Assembly (NCBI GenBank): GCA_963826715.1 | Contig: CAWGYA010000008.1 | Coordinates: 928,001 to 992,000 of the forward strand | From: Candidatus Bathyarchaeota archaeon | GTDB lineage: Archaea; Thermoproteota; Bathyarchaeia; Bathyarchaeales; Bathycorpusculaceae | Direction: 5' to 3' | Length of the DNA: 64,000 nucleotides | Notes under the pieces: model-generated | The model's input: only the letters and a program-made list of their open reading frames with translations | What the model was told of the DNA's origin: nothing | Database searches by the model: none | Translations under genes and position numbers: made by a program | In this document: piece by piece, positions 59,643-64,000 of the stretch | Numbering within the stretch: the first letter of the stretch is position 1 | Layout: each line of letters begins with the position of its first letter

Positions 59643-62270
59643 ATGTTAAACACTAAATCAACAATAACTATTATCGTAGCATCCTTAGTAATTTTGATGG
59701 CAAGTTCAATGATCCTTTTGCCCGTGCCCACCGTTACAGCACACACCCCAGGGTGGGACATCCCAACGTATGCTTTCGTTAGTGCAGTACCAAATCCGAT
59801 CGGCGTCGGTCAAAGAGTCGACATCTTAATGTGGCTTGATAAAGTCCGATCTGGCGCAACAGTCAACAACGAATACAGAATGCACAACTATAACCTAACA
59901 ATTGTCAACTCAGCAGGCGATGTAGTATTACATGAAAACTGGGACACAGTTATCGACACAACCTCTTCACAATACTATGCTTGGATACCTTCAGAGGCAG
60001 GCAACTACACAGTCATGTTCAACTTCGAAGGCTTCACCGTAAATGACTATCCAAGTGCAACCGTAGAACAAGGCGACACTTTCGTTGCAAGTCACGCCTC
60101 AACCCAAATTACAGTCCAGGACGAACAAATTCCTAGCGCAGTAACTAGTTATCCTCTTCCAACAGAATATTGGACTCGCCCCATATACGGCGAGAACACT
60201 GATTGGTGGAGCATATCTTCTAACTGGTTAGGCACAGGTTCTCCAAATCTTGGAGGCTGGTCTTCTTCATCTGCAAAGAACTTAAGGTTCCAACCTGATG
60301 GAGTAGGTCCTCAAACTGCCCACGTCATGTGGACAAAACCACTTGAATCAGGTGGTGTGGTTGGAGGATTAAACAACACAGAAGTTCCTGGAACCTCCTG
60401 GTTTGAAGGCTCTGCATATCTAAACCGCTACACTAATCCAATTATTGTCGCTGGAAAACTCTACTATAACCCAACTGTAGGCTACACAGGAACAGCAAGT
60501 GGACCAACAACATGCGTTGACTTACGCACAGGTGAAGTCCTATGGTCTCGCAGTGATGTTCCAACATTATCTTTTGCATACATTTACGATGTCCAGACTC
60601 CCAATCAACACGGTGTTTACCCCGCAATTCTAGCTACTGCTAACTTTGCTCAATGCTTTGATGCTGATACAGGTGACCCTCTATTCAACGTTACCGGAAT
60701 ATCTGGTGGCGGAGGCGTTGGAGGTACCTTAGTTATGGGACCAACCGGTGAGCACTTACGATACACGATCGTCAACAATGGCAACAATACAAACCCTGAC
60801 TACTATCTATGTCAATGGAACTCAACTAATATGTGGGATTGGACTAACCTTAGACCACCACCAAAAACTACAACATTATCCAATGGACAAACAGCAGTCG
60901 TTGCTAACCAAGGCTCTATGTATGACTGGAACGTCTCTATACCTTGGCGTCTTCAAACAGGCAACCCAACAGTAATCGAAGCTCTATACAATGACGTTAT
61001 GATTTGCAGAAACGGTTCACTACCTATACTAGATACACGATCTGGAAACAGCATACAAACCCCATACACTTACTTTGCAGTAAGTCTCAAGGACGGAAAC
61101 CGCGGACAACTTCTCTGGTCAAAGACCTACACTCCACCAGCAGGGAACGTAACCGTATATAACGGTGGCGCTGACCCCGAATCAGGTGTGTTCCTTGAAG
61201 TTTACAAGGAAACACGACAATGGGTAGGCTACAGCATACACGATGGCTCTAAAGTTTGGGGTCCAACCGAAATGCAAGGTTCATTTGACTACTACGGTCA
61301 ACCATACTTCCCGATCTTGGGCGGACAAATCGCATACGGAAAACTCTACAGCGCAGCATATGCAGGAATAGTCTACTGTTATGACATGAAAACAGGCGAC
61401 CTACTTTGGACTTATGGCAACGGCGGAGAAGGAAACAGCACTAACGCTGGCTTCTATGTTGCATACGGCAATTACCCAACATTCGTAGCAGCAATCGGAG
61501 ACGGCATAGTCTATACAATAACTACCGAACACACTGTCAGCACTCCACTCTATAAAGGTGCCATGACACGCGCAATCAACGCAACTGACGGATCTGAAAT
61601 CTGGAAATTATCCGCATACACTGGATCATTTTCAGTCATCGGATATGGAATTGCAGACGGTTTTGCGACCTTCTTCAATGGCTATGATAACCAAATCTAC
61701 GTAGTAGGCAGAGGCCCAAGCGCACTTACAGTTGAAGCACCAAAGACCGGAATTGACCTAGGTAAATCATTAATAATTAGCGGCGCCGTAACCGACATTT
61801 CATCAGGATCAACACAAGACCAACAGGCAGCACGATTCCCACATGGACTTCCAGTCTCATCTGACGCAAGCATGACCGATTGGATGGGTTATGTTTACCA
61901 ACAAAAACCAATGCCGACCGACTTCACAGGCGTTGACGTTACAATCAACGTTGTTGACGCAAATGGAAACTTCCGACCCATTGGTACCACTACTACTGAC
62001 GCATCTGGCATGTACAGTTTACAATGGAAACCTGACATAGAAGGCAAATATACAGTCATCGCAACCTTCGCTGGCACTAACGGTTACTGGCCATCATATT
62101 CAGAAACAAGCTTTGCAGTTGATCCAGCACCAGCAACACCCGCACCTACAAACCCGCCAACTGACTCAGTCGCTGACATGTACTTTGTTCCTGCAATCGT
62201 TGGTTTGCTTGTTGCGATAATACTTGTAGGCGCAGTACTTGCATTGTTACTAATGCGAAAACGCCCATAA
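59643..62270 (+). CDS. Secreted PQQ-like beta-propeller surface protein with Ig-like domains and a C-terminal TM anchor
   Basis: Signal peptide, PNPIGVGQ, repeated D..TG..LW blades, P/T-rich linker, TM helix plus RKRP. Confidence 0.85.
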   Translation: MLNTKSTITIIVASLVILMASSMILLPVPTVTAHTPGWDIPTYAFVSAVPNPIGVGQRVDILMWLDKVRSGATVNNEYRMHNYNLTIVNSAGDVVLHENWDTVIDTTSSQYYAWIPSEAGNYTVMFNFEGFTVNDYPSATVEQGDTFVASHASTQITVQDEQIPSAVTSYPLPTEYWTRPIYGENTDWWSISSNWLGTGSPNLGGWSSSSAKNLRFQPDGVGPQTAHVMWTKPLESGGVVGGLNNTEVPGTSWFEGSAYLNRYTNPIIVAGKLYYNPTVGYTGTASGPTTCVDLRTGEVLWSRSDVPTLSFAYIYDVQTPNQHGVYPAILATANFAQCFDADTGDPLFNVTGISGGGGVGGTLVMGPTGEHLRYTIVNNGNNTNPDYYLCQWNSTNMWDWTNLRPPPKTTTLSNGQTAVVANQGSMYDWNVSIPWRLQTGNPTVIEALYNDVMICRNGSLPILDTRSGNSIQTPYTYFAVSLKDGNRGQLLWSKTYTPPAGNVTVYNGGADPESGVFLEVYKETRQWVGYSIHDGSKVWGPTEMQGSFDYYGQPYFPILGGQIAYGKLYSAAYAGIVYCYDMKTGDLLWTYGNGGEGNSTNAGFYVAYGNYPTFVAAIGDGIVYTITTEHTVSTPLYKGAMTRAINATDGSEIWKLSAYTGSFSVIGYGIADGFATFFNGYDNQIYVVGRGPSALTVEAPKTGIDLGKSLIISGAVTDISSGSTQDQQAARFPHGLPVSSDASMTDWMGYVYQQKPMPTDFTGVDVTINVVDANGNFRPIGTTTTDASGMYSLQWKPDIEGKYTVIATFAGTNGYWPSYSETSFAVDPAPATPAPTNPPTDSVADMYFVPAIVGLLVAIILVGAVLALLLMRKRP

Positions 62271-62290
62271 ACAAATCAACTACTTCCCTA

Positions 62291-62315
62291 ATCTTTTTTT
62301 TATTTATTTGTTTTC
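62291..62315 (+). terminator. Oligo-T terminator
   Basis: CTTTTTTTTATTTATTTGTTTT after the stop codon. Confidence 0.55.
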
Positions 62316-62833
62316 AAAAATACAGATTTAAGAGCTATTAGATCAAAAGGTGCAAGTTAAAACAATCTGTTTACACTGTGAGATTCAATTATTTCTTCTT
62401 CTTAACATTACTCAGAAATCAAAAAATGAATTATCTCCTCGTTTTCCCAGTTTTGATTCATTGCTTGATTTTTCATTAATTTTTTCTTTGGCACTCAAAC
62501 ATTTGGTGCTAATAAACGCGCTTGTTGGTTGTCAATAATAAGGTTAAAATATATCTCACTCAAGGTGTGCAGTGCCAATATAATATTCTATTAAGTTCAC
62601 TAATTTTGAATCGGAAAACAGTGAAAAATCTATGAGACCTTTAGAGTATTCGTAGTATCATGCATTTTGCAGTTAAGTCGCAAAAAAATTTATAAGAAAA
62701 GGTCACCAGTAAACCCAAAACCATAAGATACTTCAAAATGCAAGAATGCTTGTTTTGTTTAATCGCATAACCAGGCATATGTTAGCATGGTTTTATGGTT
62801 CAAACTATATTAATCGACAAGGATATTGGACAG

Positions 62834-64000
62834 ATGATTTTCCAGAATAAAATCATAGAAGCGGCTATTTTCGACATGGATGGGACCATGTTTGATACTG
62901 AAAGGCTCCGCTGTAAGATGCTAAAACAGGCTTCCAAAGAATTATATGGTCAAGAAATTTCCGATCAGCTTCTCTACGAATCTCTCGGTGTTAGCGCTGT
63001 AACCGCTGAAAAAATAGCGAAGGGTTGCTTCGGTGACGACTATCCTTATAAGAATATAAGAAAACGAGCCGATGAACTGGAAAGGAGGTTCGTGAGAGAA
63101 AACGGGGTTCCAGTGAAGGAAGGTCTTTATAACCTCCTTGAGCGACTCAAGAAAAACGAAGTACTCATCGCCCTAGCTACATCCAGCCGAAGAGAAATCG
63201 CCGAGGAATATCTGGTTAATGCAAAAACACTCAGATTCTTCGACATACTGGTTTGTGGCGAAGACGTGGAAAAAGGAAAACCTAACCCAGACATTTTCTT
63301 AAAAGCAGCAAGCGAACTCAACTGCGAACCCGCTAACTGCTTTATCTTCGAAGACTCCCAAAATGGCCTCTTGGCAGCAAGTGCATCAGGCGGGGTTCCG
63401 ATTTTCATTAAAGACCTTAAAGAACCTGATCCAAAAATTAAAGAACTTGCTTTTAGGTCATACGAAAAAATTGCGGATTTCTTAGATGAACTTATTTTGC
63501 AAATGCCAAAAATGTCTGTCCCCAGCCTAAACGAACATTTTCCACAAAGCATTGATTCTAATATTGTAGGTATACATGGCTTTGGAGCTATTGGGGGCGG
63601 TTATCTTGCACAGATTTTTTCTCATTGGGATGGCTACACACGTCCTTCCCAGATAATCGGAGCCACAAATGACCGAATTAAACGTGAGCTCATTAACGCC
63701 CTGGGGAAATATAGGGTGAAATACGAAAGTCTTGCGTACTTTCAAACGATCACCAATACAACAATCATTGATATGAACGATGAAGCTCAGATGGTCGATA
63801 TGTACCGCAAAGCTAGTATAGTGGGGATATCTCTCCCAGAACAGGCAATCAGGTCTCAATCAAAAACCATCGCCAAGGGGTTGATAGAACGCTATGACTG
63901 CGGTGGGGAACCCCTTACATTGCTGATTCTAATGAACAAAATCAATGCTTCAAAATATGTCAAAGTTCATGTGGAAACTGCCCTCAAAAAGCTGGTAAGT
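62834..64000 (+). CDS. mtlD: Bifunctional HAD phosphatase / mannitol-1-phosphate dehydrogenase (Acinetobacter MtlD type), 3'-partial
   Basis: Manual translation (absent from the ORF track): MIFQNKIIEAAIFDMDGTMFDTERLR...ATSSRR.IAEEYL...GKPNPDIFLKAA...FEDS.NG...VGIHGFGAIGGGYLAQIFSHWDGYTRP...LPEQAI. Alternative in-frame ATG at 62795. Confidence 0.88.
   Translation, partial: MIFQNKIIEAAIFDMDGTMFDTERLRCKMLKQASKELYGQEISDQLLYESLGVSAVTAEKIAKGCFGDDYPYKNIRKRADELERRFVRENGVPVKEGLYNLLERLKKNEVLIALATSSRREIAEEYLVNAKTLRFFDILVCGEDVEKGKPNPDIFLKAASELNCEPANCFIFEDSQNGLLAASASGGVPIFIKDLKEPDPKIKELAFRSYEKIADFLDELILQMPKMSVPSLNEHFPQSIDSNIVGIHGFGAIGGGYLAQIFSHWDGYTRPSQIIGATNDRIKRELINALGKYRVKYESLAYFQTITNTTIIDMNDEAQMVDMYRKASIVGISLPEQAIRSQSKTIAKGLIERYDCGGEPLTLLILMNKINASKYVKVHVETALKKLVS

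Noticed and set aside
63127-63859. Two minus-strand ORFs in the ORF track
   Set aside because: They are antisense to the real plus-strand mtlD frame, which the track missed because its stop lies outside the window.
1-64000. CRISPR array, rRNA, SRP or RNase P RNA, IS transposase
   Set aside because: No regularly spaced repeats, signature RNA motifs or transposase ORFs were seen on manual reading.

Overview
Archaeal chromosomal window, most consistent with Bathyarchaeia (inference from PolB1, the thermosome, the exosome/proteasome superoperon, the large PQQ-type beta-propeller surface protein and the integrase C-terminus type). (1) 1-5.3 kb is an AT-rich, decaying integrated element. It holds frameshifted tmk and DUF6293 (CARF-like+HTH) genes, an intact three-gene module led by a TGT/DUF4417-like protein with a PIP-box-like tail, an integrase C-terminal remnant and a tRNA 3'-end fragment. 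(2) 5.4-20 kb is a mixed tetraether-lipid/cobamide locus: a rSAM/SPASM protein of the Gms-like family plus DUF362, a diverged cobS-cobY pair divergent from an epimerase-DGGGPS-tes operon, glycosyltransferases, cobZ, and DUF71-cobT-cobS-cobY. (3) 20-59 kb is mostly housekeeping: endoIV, ECF, DHH, pfdB, a PAC4-like protein, sua5, thermosome, thyA, a degenerate moeA, nth, xpd, clp1, radB, carS, an OSTC/DC2-like protein, topA, aglB, GPT, polB1, rsmB and psmA-SBDS-rrp4/41/42-rpl37ae-pcc1. (4) 59.6-64 kb has a PQQ-repeat surface protein and an Acinetobacter-type bifunctional mannitol-1-phosphate dehydrogenase/phosphatase that runs off the window and is missing from the ORF track. No CRISPR array, rRNA or intact tRNA was seen. 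All family calls come from motif recognition by eye, not from database searches.
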